IMG/VR virus record: IMGVR_UViG_3300012232_000011
Location: 17,196-81,195 of that record
From: a virus
DNA: 64,000 bases
Reading direction: 5' to 3' (one strand)
The translations under genes were made by a program, and so were the position numbers. The notes below the pieces were generated by a model. It searched no databases, was not told the origin of the DNA, and was given only the letters and a program-made list of their open reading frames with translations. This document shows positions 18,543 through 26,837 of this stretch, in pieces; the first letter of the stretch is position 1, and every line of letters begins with the position of its first letter.

Positions 18543-18606
18543 CGAATAGGCTCTAGCACGCCGGAGATGCAGGGGCGGCGACCGATAAGGTCGCCGCCCC
18601 TTTTTC
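18543..18606 (+). ncRNA. conserved leader + intrinsic terminator (attenuator/small RNA candidate), copy 1
   Basis: 39 nt identical to 37062-37100; 12-bp GC stem 18572-18600 followed by a U5 tract. Confidence 0.8.
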
Positions 18607-18634
18607 ATTCGCCCGGCGATGGCGGGAACGCTTC

Positions 18635-20329
18635 ATGGAAACCGACGACACCGCCAACGGAACCGCGACGATCACGCCGCCGCCCGAGGCCCGCCGCCGA
18701 CCTGGACCCGTGACGCTCGAACAGGGCGTCAAAGGTATGCGCGACGCAATCGGCACGGTCGAGAGCGCGATGAAGGCCGGCGGGATCGACGACGCGAAGA
18801 TCGCGACGATGCTCGCGCCCTCGCTGGCGGTTGCGGAGAAGTGCGAGGCGGAGGCGGTTGCCTGGCGACCGTTCGGCGGCGCGACTTCGTTCGACGGGAT
18901 CGATTCGTTCCTCGAAGCGAACAAGCGACAGAGCGAGATCAACGAGCTGGCATACCAGTTCAACGAGATCGTTTACAACATCATGGCGGCGAACCCGGAG
19001 GAAGTAAGCCTCGAAGAGAAGGCGTCGCTCGTCGCGACCGCCGCCGGCGAATTGCGGACTCGGGTCGGACAGATCGATGCGTCGGCGAAATCCGCCGGCG
19101 GATTGCTCTCGAAGGTTGGCAACGCTGTCCGCCAATTCATCGCGCCGAAGGATGAGCCGGACACGCTCGGGTTCGATTACCTGAACGGCGATGGAACGAT
19201 TCGAGCGTTCAAGGACGACAGCGGCGCGTGGCGTTGGGTCGGGATCTGGTCGAACGCCTACAAGGACGACGAGGACGAAGTCTTTCCCCTCGAAGCTCAC
19301 AAAGAGTTCATCGGCTGGTGTGACAAGTCGGGACACATGCCGGAGTTGTGGGTCTGGCACATGCCGGGATCTCGCATGGGGATCGCGGACATGCTCGATA
19401 TCCACGAGGGCTTCACCGTCGCGACCGGAACCTTTGACAAGGGGATGGAGTCGGCGGCGGAGAAGTTCACGCCGGACGACCGCATGTCGCACGGGTTCCT
19501 GTACCGCATCGCTGATAAGGCGTCGGGCAAGTACCCGATCTACCGGACGTATGAACTCAGCGTCCTGCCCGGCGCGAGGGCGGGAAACAAACTCACGGGA
19601 TTCGCACCGCTAAGGGAGGCACTCACGATGGACGCGACGAAGGAAAAGTACGCACGCGAAAAGCTCGGGGACACCTTCGTGGACAACATGAAGGCCAACC
19701 TCGAAGGCGCACGCAAGGAACTCGAGACGAAGGGAGTCGCGATGTCGATCAAAGAGATCGCCGACTCCATCGTTGCGGATGGCGCGAAGCACGACGCCGC
19801 AGCTCCGGCTCCCGCGCAAGCGGCGGCGGCTGCGTCGTCGGCGGCTCCGCCGAACACCGACGCGGCAACGGCGGCGGCGGCGGCGGGAACCCAGGCTTCC
19901 TTGTCGGCGCCGCCGCCTGAGTCGGCTCCCGAAGCTGGCGGCGATAAGGCGATGGCCGACACGTTCGTCGCCGCGCTCGGCGCGAAGTTGACCGAGGCGG
20001 TCTCGCTGGCAACAAAGGACATCACCGACGGGATCGCGGAGATCAAGTCGACGATGGCGCAACACGGCGAGCAGTTGCTCGCGCTGAAGGAATCCGACGA
20101 CACGAAGATCGCGGCGGCGTTCGCTCCGCGGACCGCGCCCGTTGCGTCGGCGGTGAAGGGACAGGAGAAGGGCACCGAACCGCCGAAGTCGGTCGCCGAC
20201 GCCGCAAAGGAAGCCGACACCGCGACGCTCGGTGCCCTGACTGGCGTCGTGAAGGAGGGACCGCTCGGAGCCGTTGCCGGGTACATGGAGCAGGCTTTCG
20301 GCGGAAGGGTTCAGATCCCGAGCGCGTAG
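18635..20329 (+). CDS. prohead protease / scaffold fusion protein
   Basis: Lies directly before the major capsid gene. The central RWVGIWSNAYKD..EVF...PELWVWH...ELSVLP segment is HK97-protease-like, followed by an Ala/Pro-rich linker and a helical C-terminus. Confidence 0.75.
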   Translation: METDDTANGTATITPPPEARRRPGPVTLEQGVKGMRDAIGTVESAMKAGGIDDAKIATMLAPSLAVAEKCEAEAVAWRPFGGATSFDGIDSFLEANKRQSEINELAYQFNEIVYNIMAANPEEVSLEEKASLVATAAGELRTRVGQIDASAKSAGGLLSKVGNAVRQFIAPKDEPDTLGFDYLNGDGTIRAFKDDSGAWRWVGIWSNAYKDDEDEVFPLEAHKEFIGWCDKSGHMPELWVWHMPGSRMGIADMLDIHEGFTVATGTFDKGMESAAEKFTPDDRMSHGFLYRIADKASGKYPIYRTYELSVLPGARAGNKLTGFAPLREALTMDATKEKYAREKLGDTFVDNMKANLEGARKELETKGVAMSIKEIADSIVADGAKHDAAAPAPAQAAAAASSAAPPNTDAATAAAAAGTQASLSAPPPESAPEAGGDKAMADTFVAALGAKLTEAVSLATKDITDGIAEIKSTMAQHGEQLLALKESDDTKIAAAFAPRTAPVASAVKGQEKGTEPPKSVADAAKEADTATLGALTGVVKEGPLGAVAGYMEQAFGGRVQIPSA

Positions 20330-20371
20330 AACAACACGCCGCAACAGGCAAATCGAGGAAGGGGAGTCGTC

Positions 20372-21853
20372 ATGGTTCAGGAAGCAGAAGTGCTTGAGAA
20401 GTTCGCGGAGCTGTTGCTCCCCGCGCTCCGACAGGCGGGACGGAAACAGTACGGATACGCCGAAGGCATCGGTCTCGGTGCAAAGCACGACACCGGAGGC
20501 TCGCCGATTTCGGAGGGGTACATTCACGGACCCGGCGGCTCTCTCAGCTACCCGGGCGTCGACCCGCTCGTGTTCTCGGCGGAAGTCGGGAACATGGGGA
20601 TCATTGGCGAGCTGCCGACAAAGGCGTCGGTCGAGTCCAATCCGATCTTTGAAATCCTCACGGGTTTCCGCGACCGGAACGGGACGGAAAAGAACGGCGT
20701 CTGCGACGACGCGCCGACCGCCGGCTTCGCGAAGTTCGGCAAGATCACGAGCGTGTTCGGTCGGTACGAAAACGCAACGCCCGAGTTGGAGCTGAACCGG
20801 ATCGGTCTCCGCGTCAACCGTGGCGACCCGATGGATCTCCGCCTGTTCAATTCGCCGATCGCAACGAGCGGCCTGTTCGCGCAGGGACCGGGCGACCCGA
20901 CGAGCGTCGCCGCGATCCTCCAATCGGAGATCGCGATGAAGTTCAAGGAGCTGGGGACGGCGTTCCATCGCCAGTTGTCCGATCAGGTATGGACGGGCAA
21001 CCCGGGGAACAACACGGGCGGCGGCGGGTACAAGGAATTGACCTCGTTCCCGCTTCTGGTCAACGACGGATACATCGACGCCGAGACGGGCGTCCCGCTT
21101 CCGTCCGTCGATTCGACCATCGTGAATTACAACAGCGGACGGATCGACCTGGACGGGACGCGCATCGTTCACTTTATGACGTACCTCTACCACGTCAAAA
21201 AGGATCGGGCGATGCGAGCCGGCATGCCGACGGTTCGATGGGTGTACGCGATGCGCCCCGAGCTGTTTTGGGAAATGACGAACGTCTGGCCGTGCGCGTA
21301 CCTGACTTACCAATGTCAGGTCACGGGCAATCAGCGCGTGAACATCAACGCCGCCGATCAGATCGCGCTGCGCGATGCGATGCGAGCCGGCTCGTATCTC
21401 CTGGTCAACGGCGACCGCGTCGAAGTGATTCAGGACGACGGGATCCCGTTCGACTCGAACACGACGGCGCAGGGAGTCACGCCCGGCTGCTTCCGGTCGA
21501 ACATCTACCTGATCCCGATGAGCGCGGGGACGCAAGCCGTCACGTTCCTGGAGTACATGGACTACCAGAACGGGGACATCCAGCGCGCTCTGGAAGGGAC
21601 GAACCTGATCCTCGCTAAGGTCGAGGGCGCGTTCCTCACGTGGCCGCGCCAGACCAATCAGTGCGTACAGTGGCAATCGAAGATCGAGCCGCGCCTCGTC
21701 ATGCGAACCCCGTGGCTCGCGGGGCGGATCGACAACATCCAGTACTGCCCGGCGATCAACCCGGCGCAGCCGTTCCCGAACGACCCGTACCACGTCAACG
21801 GCGGCGGGTCGAGCCGACAGGGTCCCTCGCTGTTCAATCAGTGGGCGGCGTAA
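20372..21853 (+). CDS. major capsid protein
   Basis: 493 aa with strong RBS, after protease/scaffold, followed by a strong terminator; GNP.NN..GGYKE motif region. Confidence 0.8.
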   Translation: MVQEAEVLEKFAELLLPALRQAGRKQYGYAEGIGLGAKHDTGGSPISEGYIHGPGGSLSYPGVDPLVFSAEVGNMGIIGELPTKASVESNPIFEILTGFRDRNGTEKNGVCDDAPTAGFAKFGKITSVFGRYENATPELELNRIGLRVNRGDPMDLRLFNSPIATSGLFAQGPGDPTSVAAILQSEIAMKFKELGTAFHRQLSDQVWTGNPGNNTGGGGYKELTSFPLLVNDGYIDAETGVPLPSVDSTIVNYNSGRIDLDGTRIVHFMTYLYHVKKDRAMRAGMPTVRWVYAMRPELFWEMTNVWPCAYLTYQCQVTGNQRVNINAADQIALRDAMRAGSYLLVNGDRVEVIQDDGIPFDSNTTAQGVTPGCFRSNIYLIPMSAGTQAVTFLEYMDYQNGDIQRALEGTNLILAKVEGAFLTWPRQTNQCVQWQSKIEPRLVMRTPWLAGRIDNIQYCPAINPAQPFPNDPYHVNGGGSSRQGPSLFNQWAA

Positions 21854-21874
21854 CACCGAAAACCCTAACAGCGG

Positions 21875-21910
21875 GAAAGGGGCGGATCACTCGATCCGCC
21901 CCTTTCGTTT
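21875..21910. terminator. bidirectional intrinsic terminator
   Basis: Perfect 14-bp stem GAAAGGGGCGGATC-ACTC-GATCCGCCCCTTTC between the convergent capsid gene and island 2. Confidence 0.85.
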
Positions 21911-21927
21911 GTGTCCGTCGCGCTCGG

Positions 21928-22299
21928 TTAGCGTGTACGCAGCGCGGTCTCCCAATCCTCCCGGGTGTAGATGCGGAGCGTTCGACCGTCCGGGTTGGCG
22001 GCGGTCGCCTGCGTGTCATTCACGCACACGTACCAACCGCGATCATCGCGGGACAGTCCGTGGGCGTCGTATGCATCGTTGCGCCCGTCCGTGTCGATCA
22101 TATTCGCGAGGGCGGTCGCGTCGTCGCGGGTGATCTCGTTGTCTTCCTCAATCTGGAATCGCACCTTGTACCGCTTGCCCTCGTACACGGCGGCGAAGTC
22201 GCAATCGACCTCCGCCGTCTCGATCAGGGATTCGTCGGCTGCGTCGATCACGTTCAGCAGCCACTCGGTGATTTCCTTTTTCGTCGTCGCTTCTATCAT
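21928..22299 (-). CDS. hypothetical protein (island 2)
   Basis: 123-aa ORF with GGAGG RBS. Confidence 0.7.
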   Translation of the reverse strand: MIEATTKKEITEWLLNVIDAADESLIETAEVDCDFAAVYEGKRYKVRFQIEEDNEITRDDATALANMIDTDGRNDAYDAHGLSRDDRGWYVCVNDTQATAANPDGRTLRIYTREDWETALRTR

Positions 22300-22346
22300 G
22301 GGTTACGCCTCCGGTGTTCATCGTTCGCCGCAATAACGTTCACGGT

Positions 22347-22517
22347 TCAGGCTTCGTCGTTCGTCGTCACCGCCTTTCCGTTCACGCGGAACACCTGACA
22401 GGGGCACCGCCGCTCGTCCAGCGGGTCGGCGTTCAGGTAGGCGTTGCACACGTAGCGGAGATCGTGATCGGCGCATCGGTGGCCGCAATCGCAGAGCGTG
22501 TCCGGTGTTGGTCGCAT
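22347..22517 (-). CDS. small Cys/His-rich protein (island 2), not in the ORF track
   Basis: MRPTPDTLCDCGHRCADHDLRYVC...RCPCQVF..., 56 aa, RBS GGAGGCGTAACC. Confidence 0.65.
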   Translation of the reverse strand: MRPTPDTLCDCGHRCADHDLRYVCNAYLNADPLDERRCPCQVFRVNGKAVTTNDEA

Positions 22518-22520
22518 CGG

Positions 22521-23036
22521 TTACGCCTCCGTCCGGTGTAGGTGGATCCAGTCCGCCCCGAGGCGCACGACCCGCGCACCCTCGGGCACGTCGTTCACGA
22601 TACGACCGACCGCGCCCTCGCGTGTCATGTAGTGACGCCGCAACGTCTTCAAGTCCTGCATGCCGTCAAAGTCCGCGCCCTGAAAGCGAGCGGCGAGCGG
22701 CGCGACTGCGACCGTCGGAGGATCGCCGATCCAGCGAACGTCGATGCTCGCGCCCATGCTGTACGTGCGCGAGCGGACGCTGAACCGAACGTCGGGAAAC
22801 TCGCGCCGCAATTCATCGCGAAGCAGAGCGGCGACGACGGAACACTTCAGGTGCTGCGCCGTCTGAGGCTCGCCATATCCGCAGGCGTTCTCTTGTTTGC
22901 GGTCGAACGCCCATGCGTTGTCGCCGACGCTGTTCAGGTGGTTCCAGTTGTGCGACGACGCGCTCCGCCCGATCACCCGTCCGCATTTCGAGCATAGGGT
23001 GACGCTGCCCGGGATGATATCGATCAAGTCGTTCAT
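22521..23036 (-). CDS. LPD29-like (large polyvalent protein-associated domain) protein with an N-terminal CxxC
   Basis: LRREFPDVRFSVRSRTYSMGASIDVRW..GADFDGMQD resembles the LPD29 pattern. Confidence 0.75.
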   Translation of the reverse strand: MNDLIDIIPGSVTLCSKCGRVIGRSASSHNWNHLNSVGDNAWAFDRKQENACGYGEPQTAQHLKCSVVAALLRDELRREFPDVRFSVRSRTYSMGASIDVRWIGDPPTVAVAPLAARFQGADFDGMQDLKTLRRHYMTREGAVGRIVNDVPEGARVVRLGADWIHLHRTEA

Positions 23037-23039
23037 TTG

Positions 23040-23341
23040 TTAGATCGCTCCAAACTGAGGAAGCCGTCCCTCGTTAGCCGCATCGCGCTCGGTGCGACCG
23101 CTGAAGCGGATCGCCGCGACGGGTTCGCCGTTGCCATCTTCGATCACGAAGCCGTCGGCTGCTCGCTTCGCGTAGGAAACCTCGCGACCGCCGAACGCCC
23201 TCATGATCGCTGCCGCTGTCTCGCCCCGGACGAAATCGCGGAGCCGTGCCGGGAGTTGCGCTCGATGAACCCGACAGCCTTGCGGGTGCATCCGTCCGCG
23301 CTCTCTACTATCACTTCGTACCGGGTTGGTTCGGTCGTCAT
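23040..23341 (-). pseudogene. 100-aa hypothetical gene split by a 1-nt deletion (mutation, assembly error or recoding)
   Basis: MTTEPTRY...ERNSRHG continues as LRDFVRGETA... in another frame; adding one G near 23243 gives 303 nt = 101 codons. Confidence 0.6.
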
Positions 23342-23350
23342 GGTTTGTGT

Positions 23351-23398
23351 CTCCCTTCCTTCAGTTACAAATGTAACATAGCGGGCGGAGGAAGTCAA
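23351..23398 (-). promoter_or_regulatory. conserved promoter-operator-RBS unit, copy B
   Basis: TTGACT-17-TACATT, palindrome at 23364-23377, then ACTGAAGGAAGGGAG. Confidence 0.85.
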
Positions 23399-23436
23399 GA
23401 GGTATCTTGACGCCCGGAAGCGACCCGGCGAACGTG

Positions 23437-23615
23437 GCCGACTGAGTCGGCGGACAAGGGAGCGCGGGGCGTTTCTCCTCCGGCGGCGGCGGGACGCGGA
23501 TGATCACCCGCCGCCGCCACTCCCGATAGACTGGCAAACAGGCGGGGCCTTGCGGACTTCAACCCGCCAGCGGTTTTCGGATGGACGCCGGGCGGGGAGC
23601 CCGGCGTTTGTCTTT
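23437..23615 (+). ncRNA. structured intergenic RNA candidate ending in a terminator-like hairpin
   Basis: Hairpins at 23437-23451, 23482-23518 (12-bp stem), 23541-23568 and 23584-23608, followed by TTTGTCTTT. Confidence 0.45.
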
Positions 23616-23711
23616 GGAATTGGCATAACGCCGCGCCACAACCGCGATCCGTGTGATATCGTTTGACCGCGTCGCCGCGGGAGCCTGGACCGCGTCGGGC
23701 TTCTATTCACC

Positions 23712-24707
23712 ATGCTCAAAGGTCGAATCCTGATCACGGGCGGCGCCGGGTTCCTCGGTCGCGCCATCCTCCGTCGCATCGAACGCGAGGGCTGGCCAGC
23801 CGAAGTTACGATCTACTCCCGCGACGAACACAAGCAGGATGAGATCCGGAAGCGTTGGCCCGGCGTGCGTCGCATCCTAGGAGACGTGCAAAACTTCGAC
23901 CGCCTGCACGGTGTTCTGTCCGAGCATCGATACGATCTGGTCATTCACACCGCCGCGCTCAAGTTCATCCCCGAGGGCGAACTGAACGTGAACGAGTGCG
24001 TCGACGTGAACATCATCGGATCCCGCGCCGTCGCGCTCGCCGCCATCGCCAGCGAAGTGCCGACGGTTGTCGGGCTTTCGACGGACAAAGCGGCGGCGCC
24101 GCTGAACACTTACGGAATGACGAAGGCGATCATGGAGCGGGTGTTCGCGGAGCTGAACCGACAGAGCGCGACGCGCCTTGTCTGTGTCCGGTATGGCAAC
24201 GTCTGCTCTTCCTCCGGCTCGGTTGTGCCGCTGTTCCGGGAACAGTACGCACGGACCGGCAAGGTCTCGATCACGTCGCCGGAAATGACGCGGTTCTGGC
24301 TCACGAATGACGATGCGATCGATATGATCACGACAGCGGCGGACAACGCGCAACGCTACCCGGGCGGCGTGTTCGTGCCGCGCTGCGGTGCGATGCATAT
24401 CGGCGCGGTCGCGGTCGCCGCTGTCCCCGAGTTGGACGCGACCGGCATCGAAGTTGTCGGCTTGCGTCCTGGCGAAAAGCTGCACGAGGTGCTGTTGCTT
24501 GCGGCGGAAACTCCGCGAGCGACGCCCGTGTTCCCGAAGCGTTCACAGTACGCGGTCTCGGTGATCGCGCCGCCGAACCTTCCCGAACACTTCGGCGCAA
24601 TTCAGGGCGAGGCGTCTGAATACCGGAGCGACAACCCGGCATCGTGGATCAGCGTCGAACAGTTCCGCGAGTGGATCGCGGATGCGGAGGAGGTGCTGCA
24701 TGGCTGA
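23712..24707 (+). CDS. UDP-GlcNAc 4,6-dehydratase/epimerase (CapD/FlaA1/PseB/WbjB family)
   Basis: ITGGAGFLG, YSRDEHKQ, HTAALK, LSTDKA, YGMTK, VRYGNV..S.GSVVPLF, MTRFW and RPGEKLHE motifs. Confidence 0.93.
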   Translation: MLKGRILITGGAGFLGRAILRRIEREGWPAEVTIYSRDEHKQDEIRKRWPGVRRILGDVQNFDRLHGVLSEHRYDLVIHTAALKFIPEGELNVNECVDVNIIGSRAVALAAIASEVPTVVGLSTDKAAAPLNTYGMTKAIMERVFAELNRQSATRLVCVRYGNVCSSSGSVVPLFREQYARTGKVSITSPEMTRFWLTNDDAIDMITTAADNAQRYPGGVFVPRCGAMHIGAVAVAAVPELDATGIEVVGLRPGEKLHEVLLLAAETPRATPVFPKRSQYAVSVIAPPNLPEHFGAIQGEASEYRSDNPASWISVEQFREWIADAEEVLHG

Positions 24708-24954
24708 GAAGGGCGACGGGCGAAAGGTACAGGCGGACGCGGACGACGCTGCCGCGACCGCGGAGGATCAGGCGAAGGCGGCGCTGGAAGAGGCGAACTT
24801 CCAGAAGTCACTCGTCAACGCCGAACGCCTGGGCGCAATCGACGGGAAGCGCATCGGCGTGCTGATCAACACGATCAACGCCCAATCGAAGACCGCGCTC
24901 ACGCCGGATGAACTAACGCAGATCGTCTGTTCCTATCTGAGTGCAACGAAATGA
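24700..24954 (+). CDS. hypothetical helical protein
   Basis: MAEKGDG..., 84 aa, overlaps both neighbours. Confidence 0.65.
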   Translation: MAEKGDGRKVQADADDAAATAEDQAKAALEEANFQKSLVNAERLGAIDGKRIGVLINTINAQSKTALTPDELTQIVCSYLSATK

Positions 24955-25784
24955 ACATCACCGTAGTCGGCGCGGAAGGGATGCTCGGGCGAGCGGTCGC
25001 GGACGAAGCGACCAACGCCGGGCACGCCGTATCGCGCATCGGCCACGACTCCTTCGACATTGCCGACGGTCACCCGTGGTCGCGCGGGACCGTCGATGTT
25101 GCGATCAACTGTGCGGGGATGCGCCCGGGCACGGGCGAGTGGGGATCGGAGATGATCCGGACGAACGCGCTCGGCCCGCACCGACTCGCCGAAGACCTCG
25201 GGCTTGTCGGGATCAAACTGATCCACGTGTCAACGGATTGCGTTTTCAACGGCTCGCGCTCCGATTGGTCGGGCGGGTACGAAGTCGAGCGAGCCGCCGA
25301 CGCCATCGACCTGTACGGTCGCTCGAAATCCGCCGGCGAACTGATAGGCGTCGAAGGTTGCCGCACGATCCGGACTTCGTTCATTGGCCCGAACCACGGG
25401 CTGCTCGGTTGGCTGCTCACTGAGGCGCGGAAGGGAACACCCGAAGTTCGCGGATATTGGGCGTCGCTGTGGGGCGGTTCAACCGTGTGGGAAGTCGCTC
25501 GCGGCATCGTGAAGGAAGCGGAGTGGTTCGCGAAGGATCATGCCGCCCGGCACGTGATCAACGGGATCGTACATCTGGCGACGGAGGAACCGCAGCGCAA
25601 GTACGACGTCGTCGCCGCGCTCGTCGATGCGCTCGATCTCCCGCTCCGCGTGCGAGCTGTTCCGGAGCCGAAGATCAACCGGGCCCTCGAGCCGACTGAA
25701 GGGCGGGTGCTCCGCCCCGTGATTGGGATCCTGCCGGAACTGGTCGAGCGAGTGCGAGCGTATGATGGCAAATCCCGCCCATAG
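24951..25784 (+). CDS. RmlD-like NDP-4-keto-6-deoxysugar reductase
   Basis: VVGAEGMLG, INCAG, LIHVSTDCVF, YGRSKSAGE and IRTSFIG motifs. Confidence 0.9.
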   Translation: MNITVVGAEGMLGRAVADEATNAGHAVSRIGHDSFDIADGHPWSRGTVDVAINCAGMRPGTGEWGSEMIRTNALGPHRLAEDLGLVGIKLIHVSTDCVFNGSRSDWSGGYEVERAADAIDLYGRSKSAGELIGVEGCRTIRTSFIGPNHGLLGWLLTEARKGTPEVRGYWASLWGGSTVWEVARGIVKEAEWFAKDHAARHVINGIVHLATEEPQRKYDVVAALVDALDLPLRVRAVPEPKINRALEPTEGRVLRPVIGILPELVERVRAYDGKSRP

Positions 25785-26118
25785 CCACCCCGTGTTTCAG
25801 ATGATGCCCTCGGGCGCAATCGCCCGGGCCTGGTGGCCGGAGTTGTGCGCCGCGTGCGCCGCTAGCGAGACCGCGCCGACGGACACGTACCCGCGACCGC
25901 TCACTCACTACCACGACGGACCCTACGGCTTGACCTTCGCGCCCGTCGCCGGATGCAACGGCTGCGAGCATGAAAAGCGCAACGAGGACGGAACCGTGGG
26001 ACCGTTTGACGCTTACGAAGGCGGCAGCGCGGACTGCCCGATCCGGGTCTTCCCGATGGTTACCTGGTTCGACTATTTGGAGTGGCGCACCGCCCGCGCC
26101 GGAAAGGTTGCACGATGA
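25762..26118 (+). CDS. hypothetical Cys-containing protein
   Basis: MMANPAH...; CxxC pairs. Confidence 0.55.
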   Translation: MMANPAHSHPVFQMMPSGAIARAWWPELCAACAASETAPTDTYPRPLTHYHDGPYGLTFAPVAGCNGCEHEKRNEDGTVGPFDAYEGGSADCPIRVFPMVTWFDYLEWRTARAGKVAR

Positions 26119-26837
26119 AGGATCCGATTATGAACGAGGCGAGCGCGAGCGCGATGATCTGTCCGGAGTGCCCGGTTTCAATGTCCGTCGTGATCGCGCC
26201 GACGAATGACCGCACCTATCGGCATGGCGATCACCAGATCACGTTCACAGCTCGCGACCTGGCCGAGCAACATGATCCGATCACCTATATGCGGGACACG
26301 TTCAACGAGTGGCACGCGAAGGTGCTGCCGACGCTTCCGAAGGATGTCGGAATCATCGCCGACTTCGCCGAGTTGCGCTCCGCTCCGGATCCGAACGCCA
26401 TCGACGTGATCGAAGTGGCGGAGGCGGGAGCGAAGCGAGCGAACAAACTGCTCGCCGCCGGCTGGAAGCTGTTGAACGTCGGCGTCACGACAACCGACCG
26501 GACGCGACCGGACGGGCAACCGACGATGGCGCGGCGCACGACCTACGCGCTCGGTCGACCGCCCGGCGTCCTGCCTGAAGTGTTCGAGGAAGAGCGCACT
26601 TCGCCGCCGTCCATCGCGAACCAACACGCGGCCCGGCCGCGCATGATGCTGGTGGGCGTCGAGGGCGATATCTTCCATATCCACCAGTGGCGCGAGGATT
26701 GCGACGTGCGCGGGTGCATCGTGGCAACGGAGGAAATGATCAACGACGAACACGCGAGGCTCGACGCGCTCCGCTCGACGACCGCGCCGGAGCGCGTCGA
26801 GCCGGAGCGTCCGAAGGATGGAAGGATGCACGAATGA
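26115..26837 (+). CDS. hypothetical protein
   Basis: ATGA-coupled; CPEC near the N-terminus. Confidence 0.6.
   Translation: MKDPIMNEASASAMICPECPVSMSVVIAPTNDRTYRHGDHQITFTARDLAEQHDPITYMRDTFNEWHAKVLPTLPKDVGIIADFAELRSAPDPNAIDVIEVAEAGAKRANKLLAAGWKLLNVGVTTTDRTRPDGQPTMARRTTYALGRPPGVLPEVFEEERTSPPSIANQHAARPRMMLVGVEGDIFHIHQWREDCDVRGCIVATEEMINDEHARLDALRSTTAPERVEPERPKDGRMHE

Noticed and set aside
18543-18606. preQ1-I riboswitch (GGCUCUAGCAC resembles GGUUCUAGCUAC)
   Set aside because: It lacks the closing P1 strand and the A-rich 3' tail, and the downstream genes are structural, not queuosine-related.
19610-21856. Long antisense ORFs (748 aa here; also 13550..15577, 31820..33658, 45723..47810, 37041..38456, 51733..53406, 1578..3050)
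   Set aside because: These are shadow frames of GC-rich sense genes: Arg-rich, with no motifs and no RBS.
23531-23593. c-di-GMP-I riboswitch (GGCAAAC ... GGACGC)
   Set aside because: No GNRA-capped P2, no following AAAGC and the spacing is wrong.
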